From assembly GCA_963828255.1 (NCBI GenBank), contig CAWHDZ010000034.1, positions 1-64,000 of the forward strand: a stretch of 64,000 nucleotides of DNA, given 5' to 3'. This DNA is from an uncultured delta proteobacterium (GTDB lineage Bacteria; Myxococcota; Myxococcia; Myxococcales; Anaeromyxobacteraceae). Positions 18,787 through 32,807 of this stretch are shown one piece after another (position 1 is the first letter of the stretch; the number at the start of each line of letters is the position of its first letter). Both the position numbers and the translations under genes were made by a program. The notes beneath the pieces were generated by a model. That model searched no databases. It saw nothing but the letters and a program-made list of their open reading frames with translations, and was not told the origin of the DNA.

Positions 18787-21548
18787 ATGAGGGGAGCGGA
18801 CGGAAGAGCTGGAGGGACAGGTCCCTTCGCCGCCGGCGACGCCGCAGCCTGGCACGCCCTTCCCCGCGACGAGCTGCTGGCCCGGCTCGATGCGAGCGAG
18901 GCCGGGTTGTCGCCGGAAGAGGTCACGGCGCGGCGTGCGGCCACTGGACCCAATGCGCTTCCCGAGCGACGCGGTCGCTCGGTGTTCCAGATCTTCTTCC
19001 GGCAGTTCAAGAGCCCCCTCATCTACCTGCTGCTCGTCGCGGCGGGCATCGCGGCGGTGCTCGGGGAGCACGCCGACGCTGCCGTCATCGTCGGCGTCCT
19101 CCTGACAAACGCCATCGTCGGGGCCTTCCAGGAGGGGCGCGCGGAGCGCTCCATGGACGCGCTGCGGAAGCTATCGGCGCTGCAGTCCCGCGTGCTCCGC
19201 GGCGGGGCCGAGGCGGAAGTGGCGGCGCGAGAGCTGGTCCCGGGCGACGTGCTCCTGCTCGCGGCGGGGGACGCGGTGGGGGCGGACGCGCGGCTCCTCG
19301 AGGCCTCGCGCCTTGCCACCCTGGAGGGCGCGCTGACGGGCGAGTCGACCGCGGTCGCCAAGGACCCGGCCGCCTCCCCGGAGGGCGCCGGCGTCGCCGA
19401 CCGTGCGAGCATGGTCTACGCCGGAACCCACGTGGCGGCGGGACGGGGGACGGCCGTCGTGGTCGCCACCGGGGCGGGCACCGAGGTGGGGCGCATCGCC
19501 GCGCTCACCGAGGGTGCGCAGGAGCCCGCCACGCCGCTCGAGCGGCGCCTCGCCCAGCTGGGCCGACACCTCGCCATCGCCGCCGTGGGGATCTTCCTCC
19601 TGATCGTCGCGATCGCCACCTGGCGCAGCCTCCCGCTCTCCGAGGTGCTGATGGTGGCCTTGAGCCAGCTCGTCTCCACCGTGCCCGAGGGCCTGCCGGT
19701 GGCGACCACCGTCGCCCTGGCGGTGGGAATGCAGCGCATGGCCAGGCGCGGCGCCATCGTCCGGCGGCTGGCCGCGGTGGAGTCGCTGGGGTCCACGACC
19801 GTCATCTGCACCGACAAGACCGGGACCCTCACCCGGAACGAGATGACCGCAGTCGCCGTCTGGCTGCCCGACGGGCGCACCCTGTCGGTCGGCGCCTCCG
19901 GCCTCGTCCCCTCGGCCGAGATCCGCCACGGCGATGGCGTACCGATCCCCCCGGGCAGCGACACGGCGCTCACGCCCCTGCTCGAGGCGGCGGCCCTCTG
20001 CAACGACGCCCACCTCCTCCCGCCCGACGCCGGGAGCCCGCGCTGGCACTCCACCGGCGATCCCACCGAGGCGGCGCTGCTCGCGCTGGCGCTCCAGGGT
20101 GGCGTCGACCCTGCCACCGTCGCCGGACGCTTCCCTCGGACGGGCGACGTTCCGTTCGACGCCGGCGTGAAGATGATGGCGACCGGGCACCGGGGGCCGG
20201 ACGGACCGGTGGTGCTGGTGAAGGGCGCGCCGGAGGCCTTGCTGCCGCTCTGCGGGGAGGTGCTGCGGGACGGCGCCGTGTGCGCGCTGTCGGAGGCGGA
20301 GCGGGGGGACGCATCCCGGGCGGTGGAGGAGCTCGCCGCGCACGCACTGAGGGTGCTGGCCTTCGCTCGCGTCCCGGGCCCCATGCCCGAGGGCGAGGAT
20401 CCCTGGGGTCCCCTGCGCGGGCGGATGCAGCTGCTCGGCATGGTGGGAGAGATCGATCCCCCCGGGAGGACGCCGCCCAGGCGGTCCACGACTGCCGCGC
20501 GGCGGGCATCCGGCCGGTGATGGTCACCGGGGACCACCGCCTGACCGGCGTGGCCATCGCCCGGAGCCTCGACATCGCCCGGGACGGGGACCTGGTCCTC
20601 GACGGCGAGGAGCTGGCGCGGCTCTCCGGGGAGGAGCTCCTCCGGGACGTTCCCCGGGTGGCCGTCTTCGCCCGGGTCCACCCGGAGCAGAAGCTCCGCA
20701 TCGTGGAGGCGCTCCAGGCCAGCGGCGAGGTCGTGGCCATGACCGGAGACGGCGTGAACGACGCGCCGGCGCTGGCACGCTCCGAGGTCGGCGTGGCCAT
20801 GGGCCGATCCGGAACCGACGTGGCGAAGCAGGCTGCGGACGTCGTGCTCACCCATGACGACTTCTCGTCCATCGTGGCCGCCGTCGCCGAGGGACGACTC
20901 GTCTACCGGAACCTCCGCAAGGCCCTGCTCCTCCTGCTCTCCACCGGACTCGCCGAGATCCTGGTGCTCCTGGGCGCGCTCGTGGCGGGGATGCCCTTCC
21001 CGTTCGTCGCCGTCCAGATCCTCTGGAACAACGTGGTGACGGAGGGGACCGTCACCGTGAACCTGGCCATGGAGCCGGCGGAGGGAGACGAGATGGCTCG
21101 CCCCCCGACGGCTCCGGACGCCCCGCTCCTGGGACGCGCCCTCCTGGAGCGGATCGGCTGGCTCGGGTTGGTCATCACGGGGATCACGCTGGGCTACTTC
21201 GCCTGGGAGGTCTCCCGGGGCCGGCCGCTCCCCGAGGCGCGCACGGCCGCCTTCACGCTGCTCGCATTCTGCGAATGGGCCAACGTGCTCAACATCCGCT
21301 CCGAGACCCGCTCGATCCTCTCCTCGCCGATCTGGAGGAACCCCTGGCTGCTGGGAGGGCTCCTGCTGTCCATCGCGCTGCAGGCGGCGGTCCTCTACTG
21401 GCCGCCCCTCATGAGGCTCTTCCGCACGGTGCATCTGCAGGCGAGCGAGATCGCCCTGCTGGCGCTCCTGGGGAGCGTCGTCGTGGTGGCCGAGGAGGCG
21501 CGCAAGGCCTTCGTGCGCCGGCGAGCAGGTGCAGGGGCTTCCGCATGA
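18787..21548 (+). pseudogene. P2-type (Ca2+-like) cation-transporting P-type ATPase, split by a 1-nt frameshift at ~20458-20463 (true pseudogene or sequencing error)
   Basis: Frame 1 carries TGES, PEGLP, DKTGTLT, KGAPE and GEIDPP; the -1 frame continues REDAAQAV, MVTGD, TGDGVNDAPAL, QILWNNVVTEG. Adding one C restores DPPRED. Confidence 0.85.
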
Positions 21549-22522
21549 CCGCCGGGCTCCTCTTCGTGGCCGCCGCAGCCGCCCTCGTGCTGGCGGGCAC
21601 CTGGCTCGCGCGGGCGGCGGACATGATCGCCGAGCGCAGCGGGATCGGGCGGGTCTGGGTCGGCACGATCCTGCTGGCGGCGGCGACCTCGCTGCCGGAA
21701 CTGGCGAGCGACGTCGCCGCGGTCCGGCAGGGCAACCCGGACCTCGCCGCAGGCGACCTCTTCGGCAGCAGCATGGCCAACATGCTCATCCTGGCGCTGC
21801 TCGATCTCTCGTCCCCGCGCCGCCGCGTGCTGCGCCAGGTGTCGGTCCAGCACGCGATGTCGGCGAGCCTGGCCCTCGTGCTCACCGCCATCGCCGGTGC
21901 CGCCGTGCTCGCCAGGCAGCACCCGAGCTTCCTCGGCCTGGGAATCTTCTCGGTGATCCTCCTCGTCGTCTACCTCGGCGGAGCACGGTTCGCCTGGACC
22001 AGCCGCCCCCGCGACGTCGCCCCCACGGTCGCCCGCTCCGGGGGGCTCCTCCGGCCGGGGCTGACCTTCGCCGCGGCCGCCGTGGTCATCGCCCTCGCCG
22101 CGCCGATCTTCGCTTCGTCGGCCGCGACACTGGCGGCGATCACCGGGGCCGGGCAGACCTTCCTGGGCGGCTGGCTGCTCGGCCTGACCACCTCCGCGCC
22201 CGAGCTCGTGGCCTCCCTGGCGGCGATCCGGATGGGCGCCTTCGACCTCGCGGTGGGAAACCTCTTCGGCAGCAACGCCCTCAACATGGCGCTCTTCGTG
22301 GCCCTCGATCTCGCGAACGGGGGGACCCCGGTGTTCTCCGTTCTCGACCCGGCGCACGCCATCACGGCGTTCCTCGCCATCCTCCTCACGGCGATCGGGC
22401 TCTCGGCGGTCCTGGAGCGCGGGGAGCGCCGCAGCCTCCCGGTCGACCCGGCGGCGCTCGCCATCGTGGTCGCCTACCTTGCCGGGATCGCAGTCCTCTA
22501 CCTGGCGACGCGGGCCAGCTGA
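21545..22522 (+). CDS. Sodium:calcium exchanger (CaCA) family protein
   Basis: Alpha repeats AATSLPEL...GDLFGSSMAN and LTTSAPEL...GNLFGSNALN; ATGA overlap with the ATPase stop. Confidence 0.88.
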   Translation: MTAGLLFVAAAAALVLAGTWLARAADMIAERSGIGRVWVGTILLAAATSLPELASDVAAVRQGNPDLAAGDLFGSSMANMLILALLDLSSPRRRVLRQVSVQHAMSASLALVLTAIAGAAVLARQHPSFLGLGIFSVILLVVYLGGARFAWTSRPRDVAPTVARSGGLLRPGLTFAAAAVVIALAAPIFASSAATLAAITGAGQTFLGGWLLGLTTSAPELVASLAAIRMGAFDLAVGNLFGSNALNMALFVALDLANGGTPVFSVLDPAHAITAFLAILLTAIGLSAVLERGERRSLPVDPAALAIVVAYLAGIAVLYLATRAS

Positions 22523-22567
22523 GCGTCGGTCGCACGCGCTCCCCGGGCGAGCGGTTAGGATGTCGCC

Positions 22568-24815
<2,248 letters not shown>

Positions 24816-24828
24816 ACGGAGACCCACA

Positions 24829-26004
24829 GTGAACCACTTCGCCGAGCCGGTGGCGGTCCTCTCCCGCAAGGGGGTGGAGCGGATCCTGCGCGGCCACCCC
24901 TGGGTCTACCGCTCCGACGTGGCCACGCCCCCGAAGGCCGCCGGCGGGGACGTGGTGGTGCTCCTGGACGGGCGCGGCCGCTTCCAGGGCAAGGCCTTCT
25001 GGTCGGAACGCTCCCAGATCGCCATCCGGCTGCTGACCCGGAACGAGGAGCCGGTGGACGACGACTTCTTCGCCCGGCGCATCGCTTCGGCCGCGGGCCT
25101 GCGGCGGCGGGCCTTCGGCGCGGAGACCCTCTGGCGCGCCGTTCACGGGGAGTCCGACCTGCTCCCCGGGCTGGTGGCCGACCGCTACGGCGACGTGGGG
25201 GTGATCCAGACGCTGGTGCCCGGGACCGAGCGGCGCAAGGAGTTGCTGGCCACCCTGCTCACCCGCGAGCTCGGGCTGCGCGCGGTCCTGGAGCGCAACG
25301 ACGTCCGGGTCCGCGAGCTGGAGGGGCTCCCCCAGGTGAAGGGTGTGGTCCTGGGGCAGGACCCCGGCCCGGTGGAGGTGCGGGAGGGGACGGTGCGCTT
25401 CCGGCTCGACCTGCTCGCCGGGCAGAAGACCGGCTCCTTCCTCGACCAGCGGGAGAACCACCTGCGCGCGGGCGAGTACGCCCACGGGCGGGCGCTCGAC
25501 TGCTTCTCCTACGCCGGGGGCTTCGCGCTCCAGATGGCGCCGCGCGCCGACGAGGTGGTGGCGGTGGAGATGCAGCCAGGGGCCGCCGCCATGCTGCGCG
25601 AGAACGCCGCCCTGAACGGAGCGTCGAACCTCCGGGTGGAGGAGAAGAACGCCTTCGACTTCCTGCGCGACGAGTCGGACCGGGGGCGCACCTGGGACAC
25701 CATCGTCCTCGACCCCCCCGCCTTCGCGAAGAACAAGACCTCGGTGGACGCCGCGCGCCGCGGCTACAAGGAGGTGAACCTCCGGGCCTTCCAGGCGCTC
25801 AAGGAGGGGGGCGTGCTCGTCACCGCCTCCTGCAGCTACCACGTGTCGGCGGAGGCCTTCGAGGAGCTGGTGCAGGACGCCGCCCACGACGCCGGGCGGG
25901 CCGTGCAGGTGCTGGAGCGGCGCGGCGCCGGTCGCGACCACCCGGAGCGGCTGGGGATGCCGGAGAGCCGCTACTTGAAGTGCCTCGTCCTCCGGGTCCC
26001 ATGA
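24829..26004 (+). CDS. rlmI: Class I SAM-dependent rRNA methyltransferase, RlmI-like (PUA + MTase)
   Basis: GHPWVY, HGESDLLPGLVADRYG, GQKTGSFLDQREN, LDCFSYAGGF, LDPPAF, SCS, PESRYLK. Confidence 0.8.
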   Translation: MNHFAEPVAVLSRKGVERILRGHPWVYRSDVATPPKAAGGDVVVLLDGRGRFQGKAFWSERSQIAIRLLTRNEEPVDDDFFARRIASAAGLRRRAFGAETLWRAVHGESDLLPGLVADRYGDVGVIQTLVPGTERRKELLATLLTRELGLRAVLERNDVRVRELEGLPQVKGVVLGQDPGPVEVREGTVRFRLDLLAGQKTGSFLDQRENHLRAGEYAHGRALDCFSYAGGFALQMAPRADEVVAVEMQPGAAAMLRENAALNGASNLRVEEKNAFDFLRDESDRGRTWDTIVLDPPAFAKNKTSVDAARRGYKEVNLRAFQALKEGGVLVTASCSYHVSAEAFEELVQDAAHDAGRAVQVLERRGAGRDHPERLGMPESRYLKCLVLRVP

Positions 26005-26065
26005 CGGCCGGGATCCACTCCCCGCGCGGCAGCGGGTTCGAGTACCAGCCCGCCTCGCCCCCAGG

Positions 26066-26182
26066 TCATTCGAACTGAGCGAGCGGGTCATTCATCCTGA
26101 CTGGATCGGGCCCACGTTCGATCCGGGCCGGGAGCCAACCCGCTGATCTCGTTGGGCTCCCGGTGGTGGCCCGATCGGTGCT
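26066..26182 (+). promoter_or_regulatory. Sigma54-dependent promoter A: two palindromic UAS (26066-26104), linker GGAGCCAACC (26131-26140), -24/-12 box TGGCCCGATCGGTGCT (26167-26182)
   Basis: GG-N10-GC spacing is exact; the whole layout recurs at 31461-31579. Confidence 0.7.
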
Positions 26183-26431
26183 CCAGGGGAGTCCCATGAT
26201 GACCTCGACAGCAGCCGCTTCCCCGCCGTCCAGCCGAGCACCCTTCCGCGCGGCGGCCCGGAAGGGTCCCATCCCGTTCCTCGGAACACAGGCCCCTGCC
26301 TACCTCGCGACCGTCTTCGTCGGGGCCTGGAACGCATCCGGCGTTCGCGTCCCATCGACACGCGAGCACCACGACACGACCGGCCGGTGCGCCGGGTGTC
26401 GCTAGCGACGCCACCAGGACGAGGAGCGGCC

Positions 26432-28927
26432 GTGCCCAGGAAGACCCGGGTTCGCCACCTTCAAAAGACCGGCGCCCTGCAGGACGCCATCTTGAACAGC
26501 GCCAACTTCTCGAGCATCGCCACCGACGAGAAGGGCGTCATCCAGATCTTCAACGTCGGGGCCGAGCGCATGCTGGGCTACGCAGCCGCCGACGTGGTGA
26601 ACAAGATCACCCCGGCCGACATCTCCGATCCGCAGGAGCTGATCGCGCGCGCGAAGGCCTTGAGCGCCGAGCTCTCCACCCCGATCACGCCCGGCTTCGA
26701 GGCCCTGGTCTTCAAGGCCTCCCGCGGCATCGAGGACATCTACGAGCTGACCTACATCCGCAAGGACGGCAGCCGGTTCCCGGCCGTGGTGTCGGTCACG
26801 GCCCTGCGCGACGCGGGCAGCGCCATCATCGGCTACCTGCTGATCGGCACCGACAACACCGCCCGCAAGCAGGCCGAGGAAGCCTTGCTCAAGGCGGGCG
26901 CCCTGCAGAGCGCCATCTTCAACAGCGCCAACTTCTCGAGCATCGCCACCGACGCCAAGGGCGTCATCCAGATCTTCAACGTCGGCGCCGAGCGCATGCT
27001 GGGCTACGCGGCCGCCGACGTGATGAACAAGATCACCCCGGCCGACATCTCCGACCCGCAGGAGCTGATCGCGCGCGCCATGGCCCTGAGCGTCGAGCTC
27101 TCCACGCCCATCACGCCGGGATTCGAGGCCCTGGTCTTCAAGGCCTCCCGCGGCATCGAGGACATCTACGAGCTGACCTACATCCGCCAGGACGGCAGCC
27201 GCTTCCCGGCGGTGGTCTCGGTCACGGCCCTGCGCGACGCGCACAACGCCATCATCGGCTACCTGCTCATCGGCACCGACAACACCGCCCGGAAGCGGGT
27301 CGAGGCCGAGCAGAAGATCCTCGACCAGCGCCTCCGCGACCAGCAGTTCTACACGCGCTCCCTGTTCGAATCGAACATCGACGCGATCATGACCACCGAT
27401 CCATCCGGGATCATCACCGACGTCAACAAGCAGATGGAGACGCTCACCGGCAGCACGCGCGACGAGCTGATCGGCGCTCCCTTCAAGAGCTTCTTCACCG
27501 ACCCGGAGCGGGCCGAGGCCAGCATCAAGCTGGCCCTGAGCGAGAAGAAGGTCACCAACTACGAGCTCACCGTCCGGGCCTGGGACGGCACCGAGACGGT
27601 GGTCTCCTACAACGCGACCACATTCTACGACCGCGGCCGGAGGCTGCAGGGCGTCTTCGCCGCCGCCCGGGACGTCACCGAGCGCAAGCGCCTGGACCAG
27701 GTGCTGCAGGAGAAGAACGTCGAGCTGGAGAGCGCCCGGGCGCTCGCCGAGAAGGCCAACCGCGCCAAGTCGGAGTTCCTCTCCAGCATGAGCCACGAGC
27801 TGCGCTCCCCGCTCAACGCGATCCTGGGGTTCGCCCAGCTGATGGCCTCGGAGGCCCCGCAGCCGACGCCCTCCCAGGCCGGAAGCATCGACCAGATCCT
27901 GCACGCCGGATGGTACCTGCTGGAGCTGATCAACGAGATCCTCGACCTCTCGGCGATCGAGTCCGGAAAGCTGTCGATGTCGGTGGAGCCGGTGCCGCTG
28001 ACCGAGGTCCTGGCCGAGTGCCAGGCCATGATCGAGCCGCAGGCGCAGAAGCGCGGCCATTCCCTCCACTTCCCGCGCCTCGACCCTCCTCGCTTCGTGC
28101 TCGCCGACCGGATCCGGCTGAAGCAGGTCCTCATCAACCTCCTCTCCAATGCCATCAAGTACAACCGGCCGGGCGGAAGGATCGTGGTCGAGTGCACCGC
28201 GGTCACTCCGGCACGGACCCGCCTCAGCGTCCGGGACACGGGGCTCGGCCTCTCCCCCGAGAAGCTGGCCCAGCTCTTCCAGCCCTTCAACCGGCTCGGT
28301 CAGGAGAAGGGCGGCGAGGAGGGCACCGGCATCGGCCTGGTCATGAGCAAGCTCCTGGTCGAGATGATGGGAGGCATGATCGGCGTGGAGAGCATCGTCG
28401 GGGAGGGCAGCGTCTTCTGGTTCGAGCTGGACTCGTCGGCCCCGTCCACGCTGGAACCCGACACGGCTGCGACCCCGAGCGCGGCCGGCGAGAAGGCCCG
28501 GCCCGACGCGCCGCTCCGCACCCTGCTCTACGTCGAGGACAACCCGGCCAACCTCCTGCTGGTCGAGCAACTCATCGCCCGCCGCCCCGACATGCGCCTG
28601 CTCAGCGCCACCGACGGCAACGCCGGGATCGAGATCGCGCGCGCTTCCCTTCCGGACGTGATCCTGATGGACATCAACCTCCCCGGGATCAGCGGCACCC
28701 AGGCCATGCGGGTCCTCCGGGAGGACCCCGCGACCGCGCACATCCCCGTGATCGCGATCAGCGCCAACGCCATGGTGGGCGACATCAAGAGGGGCATCGC
28801 GGAGGGATTCTTCCGATACCTCACGAAGCCCATCCACGTCGACGAGTTCATGGAGGCGCTCACCGTGGCGCTGGAGACCGCGGCAGGGCGATCGGGTGAG
28901 GGTGCACGGGAAGGGGGCAGCACATGA
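26432..28927 (+). CDS. Soluble hybrid sensor histidine kinase, PAS-PAS-PAS-HisKA-HATPase-REC
   Basis: FLSSMSHELRSPLNAILG, QVLINLLSNAIKYN, DTGLG, GTGIGL, YVEDN, ILMDINLP, LTKP; GTG after GAGGAG; no TM seen. Confidence 0.9.
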   Translation: MPRKTRVRHLQKTGALQDAILNSANFSSIATDEKGVIQIFNVGAERMLGYAAADVVNKITPADISDPQELIARAKALSAELSTPITPGFEALVFKASRGIEDIYELTYIRKDGSRFPAVVSVTALRDAGSAIIGYLLIGTDNTARKQAEEALLKAGALQSAIFNSANFSSIATDAKGVIQIFNVGAERMLGYAAADVMNKITPADISDPQELIARAMALSVELSTPITPGFEALVFKASRGIEDIYELTYIRQDGSRFPAVVSVTALRDAHNAIIGYLLIGTDNTARKRVEAEQKILDQRLRDQQFYTRSLFESNIDAIMTTDPSGIITDVNKQMETLTGSTRDELIGAPFKSFFTDPERAEASIKLALSEKKVTNYELTVRAWDGTETVVSYNATTFYDRGRRLQGVFAAARDVTERKRLDQVLQEKNVELESARALAEKANRAKSEFLSSMSHELRSPLNAILGFAQLMASEAPQPTPSQAGSIDQILHAGWYLLELINEILDLSAIESGKLSMSVEPVPLTEVLAECQAMIEPQAQKRGHSLHFPRLDPPRFVLADRIRLKQVLINLLSNAIKYNRPGGRIVVECTAVTPARTRLSVRDTGLGLSPEKLAQLFQPFNRLGQEKGGEEGTGIGLVMSKLLVEMMGGMIGVESIVGEGSVFWFELDSSAPSTLEPDTAATPSAAGEKARPDAPLRTLLYVEDNPANLLLVEQLIARRPDMRLLSATDGNAGIEIARASLPDVILMDINLPGISGTQAMRVLREDPATAHIPVIAISANAMVGDIKRGIAEGFFRYLTKPIHVDEFMEALTVALETAAGRSGEGAREGGST
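26471..27295 (+). repeat. Tandem 426-nt (142-codon) intragenic duplication encoding two near-identical PAS/PAC domains
   Basis: Units start GGCGCCCTGCAG at 26471 and 26897 and end ...GACAACACCGCCCG.AAG; mostly synonymous differences. Confidence 0.92.
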
Positions 28928-29790
28928 TCGGCAAGGCCGAGATCCTCCAGGGAAAGATCCTGATCGTCGACGATCAGAGGGCCAACGTGGCCTTGCTCGA
29001 GCAGATGCTGGGGAATGCCGGCTACGTGTCGGTCACGTCCACCATGGATCCGGGGCAGGTCTGCGCGCTTCACCTGCTGAACCGGTACGATCTCATCCTC
29101 CTGGATCTCCAGATGCCCGGCATGGACGGGTTCCAGGTGATGGAGAACCTGGAGCAGATCGAGACCGGCGGCTACCTTCCCGTCCTCGTGGTCACCGCCC
29201 AGCCCGAGCACAAGGTACGTGCGCTCCGGGCCGGTGCGAGGGACTTCGTCAGCAAGCCCTTCGACCTGGTGGAGGTCCTGCTCCGGGTCCACAACCTCCT
29301 GGAGGTGCGCCTGCTGCACAAGGAGACGAGGAGCCTGTACGACCGGGTCATGGAGGAGCAGAAGGTCTCGGAGCGGCTCCTGCTCGGCCTCCTGCCCCGG
29401 TCCGTCGCCCAGGGCCTGAAGGAACGTCCGGAGACGACCACCGCCAGCGACCTCAACGGACTGGTCACGGAGAGCTATGCGGAGATGACGGTCCTGTTCG
29501 CCGACCTCCTCGAGTTCACCACGTTCTCGGAGGGAGCGAGCGCCGAGGTCCTGAGGGGCGTGCTCGACGACATCTCCACCCGTTTCGACGTCAGCGTCGA
29601 CGCCACCGGCGTCCAGCGGGCCCGGACCATCGGTGACGCCTACCTGGCCTCCGTCGGACTGACCGATCCCGTCGCCATCCACACCATCCGGGTGGCTCAC
29701 AAGGCGATCGACCTGATCGAGGCCGCGGATCGGTTCAACGCGCACAGCCGGCACCAGGTGCGGTTGCGCATCGGCGTCGATCCCGCCGCG

Positions 29791-29796
<6 letters not shown>
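28924..29796 (+). CDS. Response regulator receiver fused to a C-terminally truncated class III adenylate/guanylate cyclase domain
   Basis: ILIVDD, LLDLQMP, FVSKP; SERLLLGLLP, TVLFAD, TIGDAY, RLRIGV, then stop. Confidence 0.8.
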
Positions 29797-31449
<1,653 letters not shown>

Positions 31450-31460
31450 GACCGCTCCCT

Positions 31461-31579
31461 TACTTCGAAATGAATGACATCGCACTTCATATTGACTGAA
31501 TCAGCCATGGCAAGCCGAGAAGGCGCTGGAGCCAACCATTTGAAAACACTTATTCTTGGTTTGTGGTCCGGCCGATGCT
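31461..31579 (+). promoter_or_regulatory. Sigma54-dependent promoter B: two palindromic UAS (31461-31499), linker GGAGCCAACC plus AT-rich IHF-like tract, -24/-12 box TGGTCCGGCCGATGCT (31564-31579)
   Basis: GG-N10-GC spacing is exact; divergent from a sigma54 activator; homologous to 26066-26182. Confidence 0.72.
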
Positions 31580-31656
31580 CAACGAAGGACCAGGGCAGGC
31601 CGCTGCCAGCGGCCCACGCCCCCTCACGCCACGAACCATCACGAATGGAGCAGTGA

Positions 31657-32751
31657 ATGACGATCTCGAGCTTCAACCTCCCCGGACGGGTGGCAGCGTT
31701 GCTGCTGCTCTCCTTCGCCGCCGCCTGCGGGGACACCAGCGACGGGGGCATGGCCACCGGGCCGACGGTCCTGTCCATCACCCCCTTCACCGACGCCACC
31801 GACGTCTCGCTGAACTCGGGCATCAGCGCCACCTTCAGCGAGGCGATGGATCCGGCCACGCTGACCGCGAGCACCTTCACGCTGACCTCCGGCACGGCGG
31901 CAGTCCCGGTCCTGGGCACGGTGTCCTGCTCGAACTCGACCGCGGTGTTCTCGTCGGCCGCTCCGCTCGCGGCCGACACCTCGTACACCGCGACGATCAC
32001 CACCGGGGCGAAGAGCGCCCCCGGCGTCGCCCTGGCGGCGAGCCGCTCCTGGTCCTTCACCACCGGCCGGATGCAGCCGATGGGTCTCCCGGTCATGCTC
32101 GGGACGGCCGGGAACTTCGCCATCCTCGCCAAGAGCGGGATCTCGACCGTGCCGGCCTCGGCGGTCACCGGGAACATCGGCGTCAGCCCCGCCGCCGCCT
32201 CCTCGATCACCGGCTTCGCGCTGATCCCCGACGCCACCACCGCGTTCTCGACCTCAGCGCAGGTGGTCGGGAGGGTGTACGCGGCCGACTACGCGCCGCC
32301 CACCCCGTCGAGCCTGACGATTGCCGTCGGTGACATGGAGCTGGCCTTCACCGACGCGGCCGGGCGCCCGCCCGACGTCACCGAGCTGGGCGCCGGGAAC
32401 ATCGGCGGGATGACGCTGGCCCCGGGCGTCTACAAGTGGGGCACCGGCGTCCTCATCCCCACGGACGTCACCCTCAGCGGCAGCTCGACGGGCGTCTGGA
32501 TCTTCGAGATTGCCCAGGGCCTGACCGTGAGCAGCGCCGCCAAGGTCCTCCTGGCCGGCGGAGCGCTGCCCAGGAACGTCTTCTGGCAGGTCGGCGGCGT
32601 GGTGGTCCTCGGCACGACGGCCCACCTCGAAGGCATCGTCCTGACCCAGACGGCGATCACCCTGGCCACCGGCGCCTCGGTGAACGGCAGGCTCCTGGCC
32701 CAGACGGCCGTCACACTCGACGGCAGCACCGTGGTCGCACCCACTCCGTGA
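31657..32751 (+). CDS. Ice-binding family (DUF3494/IBP-1 fold) lipoprotein with an N-terminal bacterial Ig-like domain
   Basis: Lipobox-like FAAAC; Ig-like ATFSEAMDPAT...YTATITTG...WSFTT; LGTAGNFAILAKSGIS, TGNIGVSP, TLAPGVYKW, VWIFEI, NVFWQV, NGRLLAQTAVTL. Confidence 0.9.
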   Translation: MTISSFNLPGRVAALLLLSFAAACGDTSDGGMATGPTVLSITPFTDATDVSLNSGISATFSEAMDPATLTASTFTLTSGTAAVPVLGTVSCSNSTAVFSSAAPLAADTSYTATITTGAKSAPGVALAASRSWSFTTGRMQPMGLPVMLGTAGNFAILAKSGISTVPASAVTGNIGVSPAAASSITGFALIPDATTAFSTSAQVVGRVYAADYAPPTPSSLTIAVGDMELAFTDAAGRPPDVTELGAGNIGGMTLAPGVYKWGTGVLIPTDVTLSGSSTGVWIFEIAQGLTVSSAAKVLLAGGALPRNVFWQVGGVVVLGTTAHLEGIVLTQTAITLATGASVNGRLLAQTAVTLDGSTVVAPTP

Positions 32752-32769
32752 GAGGCGACGCGTGATCGG

Positions 32770-32801
32770 GATGGCACGAATGGATCCCCGTTCGTGCCAT
32801 C
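32770..32801. terminator. Inverted repeat between convergent genes, possible bidirectional terminator
   Basis: GATGGCACGAA / TTCGTGCCATC perfect 11-bp arms; no clear U tract. Confidence 0.5.
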
Positions 32802-32807
32802 TCCATT

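Noticed and set aside
20455..20520. Programmed -1 ribosomal frameshift in the ATPase
   Set aside because: No in-frame X XXY YYZ heptamer, and the unshifted product would be a pump truncated within its catalytic domain.
26030..26140. tRNA T-loop-like strings (GGTTCGAGT, GTTCGATCC...CCA) at the edge of the accessory module
   Set aside because: No proper T-stem, D arm or acceptor stem can be formed; the region is better explained as a sigma54 enhancer-promoter.
32770..32801. TGGCACG on both strands resembling a sigma54 -24 element
   Set aside because: No GC at the -12 position in either direction, and it lies between convergent gene ends; treated as a hairpin.
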